Below are positions 29,001-43,422 of a DNA stretch of 64,000 nt, piece by piece (within the stretch, counting starts at the first letter, position 1; every line of letters starts with the position of its first letter). The translations under genes and the position numbers were made by a program. The notes below the pieces were generated by a model. The model worked only from the letters and a program-made list of their open reading frames with translations. It was not told the DNA's origin and made no database searches. Source of the stretch: Octopus sinensis (lineage: Eukaryota); the NCBI RefSeq assembly GCF_006345805.1, contig NC_042999.1, positions 61,938,001 to 62,002,000 on the forward strand. Reading direction: 5' to 3'.

Positions 29001-29143
29001 TTCAGCTCTTATACATACCTCACAATTATAACATCTACATATAATTTTGGAATACTGAAATATACAGATGTGCGCTTCACGAGGACACAGCTCGGATTAT
29101 AACCCTATCTATCTATATACTATACATACATGTGTGTGTGTGT

Positions 29144-29199
<56 letters not shown>

Positions 29200-30572
29200 T
29201 GTGTGTGTGGACACACCAGAAAACATTTGAAAAACCTAGTGATCAAGAAAAATCTAGTGAGCAAGTCAGCTTTAAAATCTAACATCCTGAATAGTAGAAA
29301 TGTACGCTAGCAATAAAACTACGTTTCTAGACGACCAAACAACTAATACATTACGTCCTTTTATATCAAAGAACCCAAAAGGCCATATTTTTTCAGGGAT
29401 TTAACGTATTTCTACACATATACAAACTGTTCGTTGTAAAAATCTTTACTTAAAAGAGCATTTATCTTCTTTTCCAACCATAGAAGAGAACAAAAACTAG
29501 GCAACAACAGATGTTCTTACAAACAAATAAACTATGCCACTAAGCAATACAAGAAGAAATATAAAATAGCAAGCACATTAGCCAGCACAAGTATTAAAAA
29601 TAAACAACCCACACATAAAGTGAATTAGATGAACCAAATACATATTAAATACAGAACAGCTGAACATATTTTCAAGGACATTATAAATCTGAACGCAAAC
29701 TGAAGAGCGTAAAACCATAAATATTTATTCATAACATTTATCATATACTTGGAAATGTTCAAATTACAACCTTTTTGTGAGTAACAAATTACACGCATAC
29801 AAGCGTATGAATAAGTTGCTGATCACCAGTGTCATTTATAAATTTGTTTGCAAATTTTAAAAGTTATAAACTTCACGACGCTGACTGTTATATTGTCCAT
29901 ACAAGAAGACACCTTCCACACAACTCACCATACACTTGCAAGAATAAACAATTACAATTCCCTACACCACACAATTCGGACACAGACATAGAAACATTAA
30001 TGGAGTAACATTAAAGCATCAATACTTTATAGAATTCCGCCACCGCCCCCAAAAGTGAAGATAAATGATGGAGGTATGATTGCTTAAACAGCAAAAAAGA
30101 TGCAGTGTGTTTAATAAATTCATCTGTTCCTTCGAAGCTGATGAGGATTTATTCCATCGCGACTACGAATTTCTCTCTCCCACACTCGCCTCCTTATTTT
30201 TCTTTTGCTTTGGTGGCAAAGAGATTTTTGGCTATATCGCATGAACGAAAGCATGAAATATTTTGCTGTGTCATTATAAGATATAAAAGAAACTTATTCT
30301 GAAAGCTTTTAATACACTTCAGATGTAAATTTCGTTTGTCTTCTGTTCAAAAAGTATAATATATTATACTATCGTAAATCAATATATATTCTGAATAGAG
30401 GCAGAGATTCGACTTGTATTATTTATCTACATAGGCTCCTGTTATTTGTTTTCATTGATATCGTTCTTACAGTCGGAACATTTACATACACAATTGCACA
30501 CAAACACTCAGATTTATACACACGCGTGTGTGTAAGTGTGTGAGTGCATGTATGTCCGATCCATACATGCAT

Positions 30573-30644
<72 letters not shown>

Positions 30645-30646
<2 letters not shown>

Positions 30647-30747
30647 AGAGTTAACGAAAAAGACAAAAGACGAAGACAGGTGGTGTACAAAACAAACAGA
30701 TGTATTAGTATAACGCTCAGGCATAGAAAAGAAACAAGGAGAGAAAA

Positions 30748-30750
<3 letters not shown>
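30645..30750 (-). mobile_element. Family P 3' end fragment lacking the hammerhead segment
   Basis: Matches 21877-21950, then jumps to GAAAAGAAACAAGGAGAGAAAA. Confidence 0.65.
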
Positions 30751-30793
<43 letters not shown>

Positions 30794-31273
30794 CATACAT
30801 ACATATTATGTATGTATATACATGTATGCGTATATACCTGTGCATATACATATACACACACAGACACATATATATTTTTGTATTTGTATATATATGAATA
30901 TTTATGTGTATGTGTGTGTGTGTGTGTTAGACACCAGTGCCCAGTCTTTTCACTTCTAGTTATAGAAGGAATCAGTAATATTTAGGGACAATAACAAAGA
31001 AAATTCATGGATTAAAAACTCTAAGTAGCTACTCAAATTTCGCGTTTCCACTGCATCAAACGATGGGTTATATCGACTGGCTGGAATTAATTTACCGCAG
31101 GTGACCCTTCCTTATCCGAAAAGCTAAGATATGACAAGCAATATTCCTTTTTATTTATCCAAACCATAACCACATCTATGAAGTATAGCTTTGTGTAAAA
31201 ATCGGTTAATCTTTGTTAAATCTAAAGCAGTCGTTCTCACATAGAGCAGCCCCCCCCCCACACACACACACAC

Positions 31274-31312
<39 letters not shown>

Positions 31313-31399
31313 CATACACACACACATATATATATATATAGATATATATATATATAGATATATATATATATATTATATATATATATATACACACATACA

Positions 31400-31430
<31 letters not shown>

Positions 31431-31597
31431 CTTTGGGTCATTGTGAATTCATATAGGGCGGCAAATATCAAGTACTATAAGGAAGCTAGGTGTTTAGAGG
31501 GGTCATATTTCTTGTTAGAAATAAAGTATTTAAAGGAGATAAAATATTTATATTTTGTGTTCATTTCCAAAAAAATCTTTGTCTAGATTAGAATATA

Positions 31598-32684
31598 CAG
31601 GGGTTGGATAAAATAATGGAAACGCTTTAAAATTTCAAACAAATTTATTTTAATATGGAGTAGGACCTCCTTTGGCAGTAATCACAGCTTGAAGCCTACG
31701 AGGTATCGACTCGTACAAAGTTTGAATTATTTCCAAAGGAATTTTTGTCCATTCTTCAGCTAAAGCAGTCTCCACTTTTTGTAGTGATGATGGTGGAGGA
31801 TATCAACTCCTTACTTGTTTTTCTAAAATGCACAAAATATGTTCAATGATATTGAGTTCTGGGGACTGTGGTGGCCAGATAAGATGTTCAACTTCACTAG
31901 AATGTTCCTCGTGCCATTCAGTAACAACTTTAGCTGTGTAAATTGGTGCATTATCATCCTGTCCTCCATGTTTAACAGTTGGAAGAAGGCAGTCTGGGTC
32001 AAATGCTTCTTTTGGTTGTCTCGTCGGAAATAAGGTAAAGGATGACTCGTTCGAGAAAATAACATTCTTCCACTGCTCTAGGGACCAATTCTGTAGGTTT
32101 TTACTCCACTTTAAACGCTTTGCAAAGTTTGTTTTTGAAAGTAGTTGTTTTCCCGATTGCAGCCCTCCCGTGCAATCCGGATTTGTGCAGCTCCCGGCAA
32201 ACGGTTTTTGTGGAAACTGGGTTCTCAGTGTGGTCATTAAGCTCTGCAGTAATTTTGGGAGCTGTACATTTGTGATCCTTTCTAACAATTCGCGTAAGAG
32301 TCCGATAGTCCTTATCTGAAAGTTTGGATTTTCTTCCGGAGATTTGTGTCGACGATGAGGTTTTTCCCGCTTTCTCAAAGGCTGTCATTACTTTCGAGAC
32401 AGTACTTCTTGACTACACCAAACATTTCGGCTGTTTTCGTTACGCTAGCGCCTGCCATACGTGCATCAACAATTTAACTTCTTTGAAAGTCCGATAGATC
32501 TGTCATTTTAATGAATTTTAATTACGTTTTTCTGATGATATCAGAAAAGAAACATCAATTTTAGCAAAGTATATTAAACAACACTAATAACAAATAAAGA
32601 AACAAAAATAAACAAGCTTTTGACGGTTTTATAGATATTTCAAAATTATGATGCTCTTATGCTAGGTGTTTCCATTATTTTGTA
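31598..32684 (-). mobile_element. Tc1-like DNA transposon, internally deleted, one TIR truncated
   Basis: TA-CAGGGGTTGGATAAAATAATGGAAAC at the left end; GTTTCCATTATTTT at ~32668-32681. Confidence 0.88.
31650..32506 (-). pseudogene. Tc1 DD34E transposase remnant
   Basis: GRKSKLSDKD, TKTVCRELHKSGLHGRAA, WKNVIFSNES, QDDNAP, WPPQSPELNIIEH, IPRRLQAVITAKGGPTPY*. Confidence 0.9.
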
Positions 32685-33137
32685 TGTAGCACATTGGGTT
32701 GTCAGTAAGCAAAAATATAACTGATGATAAACCAATGCGAAAAATTTGCTTTTGTTTGAATAAATATATATACATATGTATGATACAAATATATGATATA
32801 AACATATGATATATTCACAAGCGTACTATACAAACATACGATATATGCCATGTATGTACAAAATACATGTTGTAATTTACACACTGAAAGACATTTGAGA
32901 AAGTAATGAAAGACCGATGCAGCAACTCCGTACAAAAAATCTAAGAGATTAAAATAATCTCCAGTTTTTTTTCCTAATCATGGGAAGTAGGGGTTAAAAC
33001 ACAATTCGGTGAAAGGAACTTGTGTAGCCGGGCGTAACGCAGTTTCGAAATGGTATTCAATATGTGATGACGTACTTGTGTACTCTCAGAGGGTTTTAAT
33101 ATCTGTTTCTTTGCAAAATCGTTTGCTAAAATAATTC

Positions 33138-34060
33138 CTCATGGGACATCCAGGAATCACGAGAATGAAAGCACTGATGAGGCGCTAAGTCTATTAGCTG
33201 AATAGGGATCAGGATATTGAAAAATTGGTGAAAGCCTGTAGGGGTTGTGCTCTGGCAGCAAAAGCACCACCTTTAAAAATTCAGCCTTGGTCCAAGACTG
33301 ACATACCTTGAACCAGATTACACATAAACTTCGCAGTACCGTTAACTGGAGGATATTATCTAATAGTTGTGGATAGTTACACGAAATGGCCGGAAATATG
33401 TAAATGTAGGAAGCCAACCTCTAAAGTAACAGCGGAATTTCTGGACGAACTTTTTGCGCGATATGGTGTCCCAGACACTATAGTGTCTGATAACGGAACA
33501 CAGTTCACGTCGAAGGAATTTTAAAACTTTTGCAAAATGCATGCAATGGAGCATTTTACTACTCCGCAATACCATGTGAGATCGAATAGACAAGCGGAAC
33601 GCTTTGTAGACACGTTTAAGAGGGCGCTGAATAAAATCTAGGAATGAGCTACTAGCTGATACTGCTTTGACGCAATTCTTAAATGTCTGCCGAATAACAC
33701 CTAACACCAACATCATTTCAGGTATATCACCGGCTGAACTAATGTTCGCCAGGAAAGCCAGGCCAGTGTTTAACAAATTACTACCTGGAAGAAAAGAAAG
33801 AATGGAGAGCAACACTGAAAATAAGATAAAATACTTCAAAATCGGTGACAAGGTGTTTTTTTTAAAATATACAGAAATGAAAAGGAAAGTTGGGAAGAGG
33901 GTATAAGTAAGCGTTTAGGAAAAATAACGTACATAGTAAAAGGTCATACGTGGGAATAAAAAAGACATTTAAACCAACTGAAAAAGAAGTTTACGGAAGA
34001 AAGAATAAGATATGAAGAACCAATGGAATTTACGACATTTTTGAGGTCCTGGTACCTCAA
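33138..34060 (+). pseudogene. Ty3/Gypsy integrase remnant
   Basis: GHPGITRMKAL...DIEKLVKACRGC zinc finger; LIVVDSYTKWPE, LFARYGVPDTIVSDNGTQFTS, SNRQAERFVDTFKRAL; stops and frameshifts. Confidence 0.92.
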
Positions 34061-34171
34061 GGAATAATTTAAGCAACGACAAGGAAAAGAAAACAAACGG
34101 AACTTCTGCAAGTAGAGCCAAAACGAAAAACATATTCCAATTTCTTCCCGGGGAATTTTAAAAAGGGAGGG

Positions 34172-34824
34172 TGTAAGGTGGTAATAAATATATAAAAAAA
34201 ATAAAATAAAAATATTGACTTCCAAGGAAAGTCAAGCTCAAAAAGGGGAGATATTGGGAAATCCTGACACCCATGTGGGATAGCAAGTGAACTGTCCTAA
34301 ACCTTATAAAGGCGCATGCGTACTGACAGTGCGACGTACAGTCCAGCCGGAGCATTGGTGGAGTTTAATGAGCTGCCACCGGTAATCGATCTGGTGGAGT
34401 TAGAGTCGTATATGAGACGTTAAAAGGGGGAAAAAAGAGGATAAAGAGAAAGGAAAAAGTTTGAAGAAATAGAAAAAGAAACGATAATTAAAGGAAAAAA
34501 AGGAAAAAATGATCAACAGATAGAGTGTGTACAAACGTTCAAATGGTACTGTATGAGGAGTGGGGCCCATGCAGCCATTCATCTTCATTATTATATAATT
34601 CATATTCATTCGTTATATGTTTTTTGTCCCCACTGTGGTGTTGTGTCTGTCCTTGCAGTGTCCCCTCTGTGTTAAGTGGCCTGAGTGCCAAAATAAAGAA
34701 TCAGTACAGAGTGGTGTATGCAGTCGCATTTGTGAAGGCAATCGTAGAAGTAGTTGAGAAGAGATATAAGCTTGTTATGTGTTTATTACTGACTTAGTTT
34801 TTGTAGTGTTATACCACTGTTACA
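34172..34824 (+). mobile_element. Putative 3' LTR of the Gypsy element
   Basis: Polypurine tract AAAAAGGGAGGG directly followed by TGTAA; ends TTACA (5-bp terminal inverted repeat); no 5' LTR found in the window. Confidence 0.65.
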
Positions 34825-36448
34825 GTGTAGTCTATATATAAACTCAAAGACATAACTGTAAGGGAAACTGAGCCCATAGAGTATATACGTTCCCCTACTT
34901 TGCGGTTCGGCAAAAACAGTCTGATAAAATAAGTAACAAAAACAAATAAGTACTGGAGGTTGATTTAAACGATTAAATCCTTCATTGGCGTGCTCCAGTT
35001 TGGTCGCAGTACATTGACCGAAACAAGTAAAAAAGTAAAGGAATGCACAAATAAATACATAGATACGTAGACAAATTATTAAATATATTTATATATTTGT
35101 GTGTATGCATGTACATATGTATGTATTTATACATCCACAGACACACATATATACATATACACATACAAATATATATTTTTTTTCACATATTCATATATGT
35201 GTGTGTTTATATATATACGCATACATACATACATACATACATACATACATACATACATACATACATACATACATACATACATACATACATACATACATAC
35301 ATACATAGACGCACAGACATAAATATCACAAATATCTGTTGGATAGGAATAAGCTTCCTTCAGACGTAAATAAGAAAAAAAAATTAAGAACGAAACTAAT
35401 ATAAATTACTTCTCATCGTCTGGGTCAAATAGACTACAAATGATGTTATTTCAGATTATTATTTTTTTTTTATATATATATATTTTCGTTGAAAGTGAAA
35501 ACTTGGCAATATTTTAAAGTTCTTTGACAGTTCTCAGCAATTCTTGACAATACAAATTCTAAGTTTTCTAAAACTGATTTAACCATTTTCCATTCTTATG
35601 CCAATGAAATTAGTACCAGTAATACGGTAGTACATGACCTCTGTTTCCTATTCTTTGTTAATTGGCATGAATAATTCTAATCAACCCAGCTTGGTGTGTC
35701 ATCACCAACATTGTTATGTTTAAGTGATCGACCTTTCGAAAACATCTCTGTACGTGTACGTATATATATGCTAACACTTATCAATACATATGATATATAT
35801 ATATATATATAAAATGAAGACATCTTAAAGAAGAATGGGAAATTACATATTTTTAATGCCTGTTTATTACAGTAATATTCTCAATAAGTTCAGATTAGAT
35901 TCCAACCTGACACACGTTTCTGCTGCATAGGTGTCCTACTGTCCTTTGGTGTAGTATTTATGTGTTTAGTTGGCTCAGTTTCAGAACATAAGCATGAACA
36001 GTTCTTTATTCGATGTGGTTAGCCAGAACCCGGATTGTATTAGATTACTAAGGTACCTGCCAGTATTCAAAACCCTTACTCTTTTATGTTATACATACAT
36101 ACATGCATGCATGCATACATACATGCTTACATGAATATGCTTACATGCAAACATGATTACATGCATACATGCATCATACATACATAAATACATGCATACA
36201 TACATACATACACATACATACATTCATACTTACATACATACATAAATGCATAAATACATACATACATACTTACATACATAAATGCATACATACATACATA
36301 TACATACATAAATGCATACATACATACATACATAAATGCATACATACATATATAAATACATACATACATACATACATACATACATACATACATACATACA
36401 TACATACATACATAAATACATACATATGGTAAATGAAAGACGGAAGAC

Positions 36449-37320
36449 GGTTGGGGTAGGGAATTTCGGAAAATTCACCGGAGTCCAATTCGTCTTATCT
36501 TTCAAGAAAATGGATATTTTTTAATGAAATTCTCTACAAATATACCTCGGACTATGTAGATTCCAAGGACATAGGAATTTGGGGGGTGGAACAATTGGGG
36601 TCTATTTCTGACAACTGTTCCCCACTCGCAGGTTTACCTGAACAAGTCGTCCATATTTGTTCATTTTCTCCGTTTTATGCGTTTGTGCATCCGTAGATTT
36701 CTACCACACGCGCGCGCGCGCACGCACACATATATATATGAATATAATTAAAAAGTTCAAACGGGGAATTATTCGATTCAATATCATGCTTATTATAGAG
36801 ATTATGTAACAAATTATCATTTACATTTCTATATTTTACTGTGCGTGTATATTCCTTATTTTTGCTTCTGGTATCTTCTACCTTTCTATTAGAACAGTTT
36901 ACCTGGAAATTTATTTAAAGTGAAAAAAATCGTATGCAACAGATAAGTCGTCTTAACATATTTCTGTGTAACAGACCCTTAGCTGTTATTTTTAGCATAA
37001 TGAGTTTTCTGGTGAGGGCTTCATTTGCCTTCATTGCCTGTTTATTGCTTCAGTAGAAATCTACGGATGCGCAAAAGCACAAAACAGCGAAAATGAAACA
37101 AGTATGGACGACTTGTTCAGAAATACCCGCGAGTGGGGAACAATTCTCAAAAATAGCCCCCAATAGTTCCCCCACCAAAAAGAAAGTCCTATGTCGTTGG
37201 AATCTACATAGTCCGAAGAATATTTGTAGAGAATTTCATTAAAAAAATATCCATTTTCCTGAAAGTTAAGACGAATTGAAGTAGACTCCGGTGAATTTTC
37301 CAAAATTCCCCACCCCAACC
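36449..37320. repeat. Long inverted repeat (~260-bp arms, ~350-bp spacer), probable non-autonomous DNA transposon
   Basis: 36449-36704 is the diverged reverse complement of 37053-37320; a partial extra arm copy follows at ~37330-37430. Confidence 0.85.
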
Positions 37321-38044
37321 CCTCCTAAAACACTTCCCCCCACCAAATAATATTTTGTATATTCGGAATCTACATGATATAATACATGTCCGTAGATAAT
37401 TTCATTAAAAAATATCTATTTTTCTGAAAGTTATGATCATCCAAAATCGGGGGTCGGGGGCAGAACCAAACACAAAGAGATTTCAGTTCAAGCACATTTT
37501 TTCAACAATTTCTTCAAAATGATTTCAGTATATCGTGAAGTATATTTTCTACTTAAATGTAGCTAACCCTTAAGGGTGGATGCTACTGTAGCTTGTAGCC
37601 CCAGGAGAACATCTTCTCCAGCTGGCTATTGACACACTTTCTGTGCCCTATCAGTATTTGCAAAGGGAAGTCATCCTTCCCATCTTCAACCTGACGTGAT
37701 ACACACGGACCCGGGTTTCTGTGTATTGACCCGTCATCAGCACGTGACAATCATGGGTTGTCGATGTGAAGTGCTATCCCGATGCAAATACAAATATCCT
37801 TTTTCCAGTGACAAAATGTCATCATTCGGAAAATATGCTCAAAAAGAAACAAAAAATATTCCGTGAATCCTCTCAGCTGCAAAAGCCTTTGTATCAATGA
37901 TGGAAGTTCTTTCTTACTTTTTTGCTGAATTCACAAACTGACTGGTGGAAATAAAATGACCTGCTAATTTTCATCTCTGTTCATATATATATATACGTAT
38001 GCGTACGTGTATGTGTGCGTTACCAGTACCATAAATATCTCTCT

Positions 38045-38098
<54 letters not shown>

Positions 38099-38847
38099 TC
38101 TCTCTTCCTTCACCGACGCTATCCTTCACTTCCATTCCATTTCATCCCATTTCACACCATTAAATTTTTTCATCCCTCACTGTCGCCAGAGATAAAAGAG
38201 TTAAAACTCTTAAATACACCCGTACACATAAGTCTCTCCAATTTATTTCTCCATAGGGAATTAAGATGACATTGCTTTCAGTACTGACCAGTTCTATACT
38301 ATACAATACGCACGCACACGCACACACACACACACACACCACACATACACACACACACATACACAAACACTACAAACACATACGCGTTTGTAATTACCTA
38401 CATGTTTTCGCATACCACTAAATCGAAGGAAATAATCTATACCCTCTTTAGTGACATCAGATCTTTATGAATACGATGTTGTCTATAGAGTGTCCAAAAT
38501 TTGACAAAACTGTCCACAGAAGGGATATGGACTCATTCTCGAGTTGCCCCCTTTCTCTATTGGTATACTAAACATTGTGTACAAAAGGTGTAAAAATTCT
38601 GCATAACCCTACGTATTGCCTCACCAAAATATTACCATGCCCGACCAAAATTACTATATCCCACTGGTGGAGCATGTGCCCCACGTTGGGAATCACGGCT
38701 ATAGAGGGAAAACGTTGGCAGCCGCAAAAGTTAAAATATTCCCGCCACAGGTTTTTAGAGCAGTGGATTTGTCTATGTTGTTTAAATACATGCTACTAGC
38801 CAGTCTGAGTTATTTCCCTTCGTTGAATTTTGTTTAAATCATGAATG

Positions 38848-38881
<34 letters not shown>

Positions 38882-38901
38882 TGTATGCATGTATGTATGT
38901 A

Positions 38902-38932
<31 letters not shown>

Positions 38933-38969
38933 ATACATGTATGAATGTATGTATATATATGTATGTATG

Positions 38970-39018
<49 letters not shown>

Positions 39019-39658
39019 TATGCATGTATGTATGTATGTATGTATGTATGTATGTATGTATTACGTATGTTTGTATCGAAATCTAGCACTAAATTTATTT
39101 CTACACACATTGTCTACGACCACCAGCCTACTATCATGGTCCAAAGATATCGACCTAATTCGATATGTAGGCCTTTCCTAAATAACATAACCCGATCCCT
39201 CACAAGCCGGTCAAACGAAATGTGTGGGGAAGGTGTGTGTGCGTGCGCGCGCGCGTGTGTGTGTGTTGTGTGTGTGTGTGTGTGTGTGTTTGCGTGTGTG
39301 TGTGTGTGTACGTGTGTGTATTCTAAAGGTAATTTCTTAGCAATTCGTTCACACATGCATTCATACTGGCGTTTTCTACAGAATATACGCTTCATCAACT
39401 CCTGTATTAAACGATGAAGAAACAGCTAAAAGGCAAAGAAGCGTTATGAACAAGAGTAAAAACTATACACTTCCTGTTTTACTCTCATGGCAGGCGGGTG
39501 CTGGCAGCAGTGCAATGATCTATATCATCAAGCACTTAAATATCCTGGCTTCTTTTTATAGAGGCTATTGATTTTAATGATAACTCATAAACAATAGACA
39601 AAAAGTAAAAAAAAACAACAGATGTATGTGTGTGTGTGTGTGTATGCATGTATATATA

Positions 39659-39690
<32 letters not shown>

Positions 39691-39696
39691 TGTATA

Positions 39697-39838
39697 GGCG
39701 CAGAAGGGGCTTTGTGGTAAGAAGTTTACCTCCTAATGACATGGTTCCGGGTTCAGTCCTACTACATGGCACCTTGGGCAAGTGTCTTGTACTATAGCCT
39801 CAGGCCGACCAAAGCCTTGTGAGGGGATTTGGTAGACG
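39697..39838 (+). mobile_element. SINE family A, 5' half
   Basis: Head and body up to GGTAGACG, then (TA)n. Confidence 0.8.
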
Positions 39839-39881
<43 letters not shown>

Positions 39882-40319
39882 GAGGATGTATATATATATA
39901 TATATTATATATATATATGCTCCTACCCTCCTATATATATACGAGGATATATATAATAAGCTCCTACCCTTCTTTTCTCTTCTCTTCACTCCTACCTACC
40001 TTCTCCCTTCGCCCTCTCCCTTCATCGTCACCCCTCCCTCGTAACACAATCCCTACACAATCCAACCCCACCTTACTTATCCATCCCTTACACCCACTCG
40101 CACATGCTCCACCTCTACCCCCATCCTCAGCCTAACCCACACCCCACCCTTGCTTTCACCATTCTCGCCTCTCCCACATCCCAACACCACCACACCACAC
40201 CGCACACCACCACACCATACACCACCATACCACACACCACATCACATCGTACCACCAGGCACACACTAGCACTGACCACTTCCCAGTCCCTTACCATCAT
40301 CCACACACCTACACATGCA

Positions 40320-40603
40320 CACATGCACACGTCAAGGTTACCAGCTCTCTTCCACACGCACATACATGCTCTCTTATACACATGAACACGCACCTTCGTT
40401 TTGGGATCACCTTTTTCGCCATGATAGATCCCTAGCCACTACACATTCTATTTTCTCTCCTTGTTTCTTTCTGTGTTCCTTTCTGTGGAAGAGCGTAGGC
40501 TCGAAACGTTAAAGACTTTTTTCACTTCCCGAGCGTTAAACTAATACATGTTTGTTGTCTACATCACCTATCTTCGTCTTTTGTTTTTTTGTGAATTCTC
40601 CCC
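40320..40603 (+). mobile_element. PLE-type 3' end (family P), hammerhead-like motif at ~40478-40515
   Basis: CTTT-CTGTGGAA-GAGC-gtag-GCTC-GAAACGT-T-AAAG; ends CTCCCC then TA/TG repeats. Confidence 0.7.
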
Positions 40604-40709
40604 CTATATATGTGTGTGTGTGTGTGTGTGTATGTGTGTGTGCGGGGATGTATGCGTGTGTATACATACATACTCACACATACATACATACATATATATG
40701 TATATATAT

Positions 40710-40784
<75 letters not shown>

Positions 40785-40966
40785 CATGATGGGTTTCTTT
40801 CAGTTTCCGTCAACCACTCCCGCTCACAGGGCTCTCGTCGGCTCGAGGCTATAGTAGATAACACTGCTCAAGGTGCCGCGCAATAGGACTGAACCTAAAA
40901 GCATGTAGTTGGGAAAGAAGCTTCTCAACCACGCAACGTATATTACGACATGAAAATAACAAATGT

Positions 40967-41039
40967 CAACCACGACGAGACTCGAACTCGCAATCTTCTG
41001 ATTCGAAGTCAGGCGCCTTATCCATTAGGCTGACACACA
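40967..41039 (-). pseudogene. tRNA-Arg(UCG) pseudogene
   Basis: 5' acceptor strand replaced; C-A mismatch in the anticodon stem. Confidence 0.85.
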
Positions 41040-41468
41040 TTTTAATTTATAGAACTTCAAGACATTCTGCCATTAAGTTATACATTTCCACCGTGCCTGC
41101 GATTTATATATGTGTGTGTGTGCGTGTTTAAGGACAGGCTTCTTTCAATTCCACTCATAAAACTTTTCTTAACCCGAGACTATAGAAAACCTATGCCCAA
41201 GATTCCACGCAGTGGGTCTGAACAGACGCCGCGTTCTTACCACACAGCCACGCCTGCCCCTGTGAAAATATTCACACCCAATCTCACAATGGGTTTCTTT
41301 CAGTTTCCGTTGGCCAGATTCCCTCACAAGGATTTGGTTATCCTAATGCTATAAAAGATACTTGGCTAAAGCGCTGTGTTGTGGGTTTGAACATAAAACC
41401 ATGTGAGAAGTTGAGAATTTTCCCTCTCAACCACACAGAGTATATTGCGACATAAAAATAATAATTTT

Positions 41469-41541
41469 CGACCACGACGAGACTCGAACTCGCAATTTTC
41501 TGATTCGAAGTCAGACGCCTTATCCATTAGGCCACGCGGCC
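41469..41541 (-). tRNA. tRNA-Arg-TCG: tRNA-Arg(UCG), apparently intact (one variable-loop change)
   Basis: 73-nt cloverleaf GGCCGCG TG GCCT AATGGATA AGGC G TCTGA CTTCGAA TCAGA AAATT GCGAG TTCGAGT CTCGT CGTGGTC G; T5 terminator ~10 nt downstream. Confidence 0.88.
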
Positions 41542-41667
41542 ACCTCTTTGGACAACCTTTAAATTATAGATCTTCAAGACATTGTTCCATTACGTTAAAC
41601 CTTTCCCCTGTGCCTGCGATTTATATATATGTGTATATATATATTTGTGTGTGTGTCTAGATATGCT

Positions 41668-41737
<70 letters not shown>

Positions 41738-41830
41738 TATATATTTATATGTATATACATACATATATATATATATGTGTGTGTGTGTGTCTGCATATGT
41801 ATATATATGTATGTATGTATTTATGAATAA

Positions 41831-41927
<97 letters not shown>

Positions 41928-42253
41928 CAGATAGATAGATATATAGATATATACGACGAGTCTCTTTCAGTTTCCGTCTACCAAATCCACTCATACGGCT
42001 TTGATTGACGCGAGGCTAAAGTAACAACATGCCTCACAGTGGGACTGAAATCGGTATCATGCGGTTTCAAAACACATACAATGGGCTTCTTCCAGTTTCC
42101 AACAGCCAAAATTTACTCTCAAGGATTTGTTTATCCAAGAGTTATAAAAGGCACTTTGCCAATGTGCTATGCAACGGAATTGAACCTAAAACCGTGTGGC
42201 TAGGAAACAAACTACTCAGCTAAAAAATCTGTATTATGATATAAAAATATATT

Positions 42254-42326
42254 CGACCACGACGAGACTCGAACTCGCAATCTTCTGATTCGAAGTCAGA
42301 CGCCTTATCCATTAGGCCACGCGGCC
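42254..42326 (-). tRNA. tRNA-Arg-TCG: tRNA-Arg(UCG), intact
   Basis: All four stems pair, anticodon TCG, A and B boxes intact, T5 run 7 nt downstream. Confidence 0.93.
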
Positions 42327-42524
42327 AGTTGCTGGAATAACATTTAATTTATAGATTTCTATGATATTGTTTTATTATGTTAAACTGTTCCACTGTGCCA
42401 GCGATTTCAATTTTATAGTTTAAAGACATGAGATAAATCCAGCGACTCACACACACACACACACATGCATACGCATGCACGACACGCGCGCGCATACAGA
42501 CACGTATGCACTCTCGTATATGTA

Positions 42525-42628
42525 GGAATGCCTGTGTAGTAAGCAGCTTGCTTAACAACCACGTAGTTCCGGGTTCAGTCCCACTGCGTGACACTGGGCA
42601 AGTGTCTTCTACTATAGCCTCGGACCGA
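42525..42628 (+). mobile_element. SINE family A, 5' fragment
   Basis: CTGTGTAGTAAGCAGCTTGC...GGTTCAGTCCCACTGCGTG...TATAGCCTCGG. Confidence 0.8.
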
Positions 42629-42631
42629 GGC

Positions 42632-42717
<86 letters not shown>

Positions 42718-42884
42718 TGGCACTGGGTTCATTTCCAGTGCGTAGACCTTGGGCAGACGTTTCCTATAGCTGCCCAGAGACGGACTAGGTTTTGTGCTGT
42801 AGGATTGAATCTCAAACCATATGGTCGAGAAGCAAAGTCCTACACCTAACACATAGTATATTACCATATCAAAAATAAAATTTT

Positions 42885-42936
42885 AAACCACGACGAGATT
42901 CGAAGTCAGACGCCTTCTCCATTAGGCGACGCGGTC
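42885..42936 (-). pseudogene. tRNA-Arg(UCG) pseudogene with a 21-bp internal deletion
   Basis: 52 bp instead of 73; most of the T-arm, the variable loop and the 3' anticodon stem are removed. Confidence 0.85.
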
Positions 42937-43375
42937 ACCCGATTGTTGCAACTTTAATTTATAGATCTTCAAGACATTGTTTCATTAAGTTTACAAATCT
43001 ATTTGTATATTTATTAATATCCGTCGCTACGTGCACATCTAATGATATATCTATAAACACACCAACGAATCTATCTAACAATCTGTCTGTTTGTTTAATT
43101 AACTATTATAACTGCTTTCCTTCCCGCCGGTCTATATATCAGTCTATTCTCCTATTACCAGTAAGCATTTAAAACTAATAATAAAAAAATTATGAACATC
43201 GATGGCCGAAGAATTTTTTGCCGAATGAATGGACACCAGAGGTATATTTTTAAGCTTTGTACTTATTCTATCGTTCGATGTTACTGAACCGCTAGCGTAC
43301 GGGGACATAACGCACCAACACGAGTTGTTAAGCGATGGCGGAGGACAAACAGACACAATGACACAAAGGCACCAG

Positions 43376-43407
<32 letters not shown>

Positions 43408-43422
43408 TTCATACACATAGAC

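Noticed and set aside
32589-32609. CTGATGA motif in the Tc1 5' region (also at 7597, 28814, 30135, 33174)
   Set aside because: No stem II-GAAA-stem III-NUH continuation; these are a palindrome, coding sequence or chance matches
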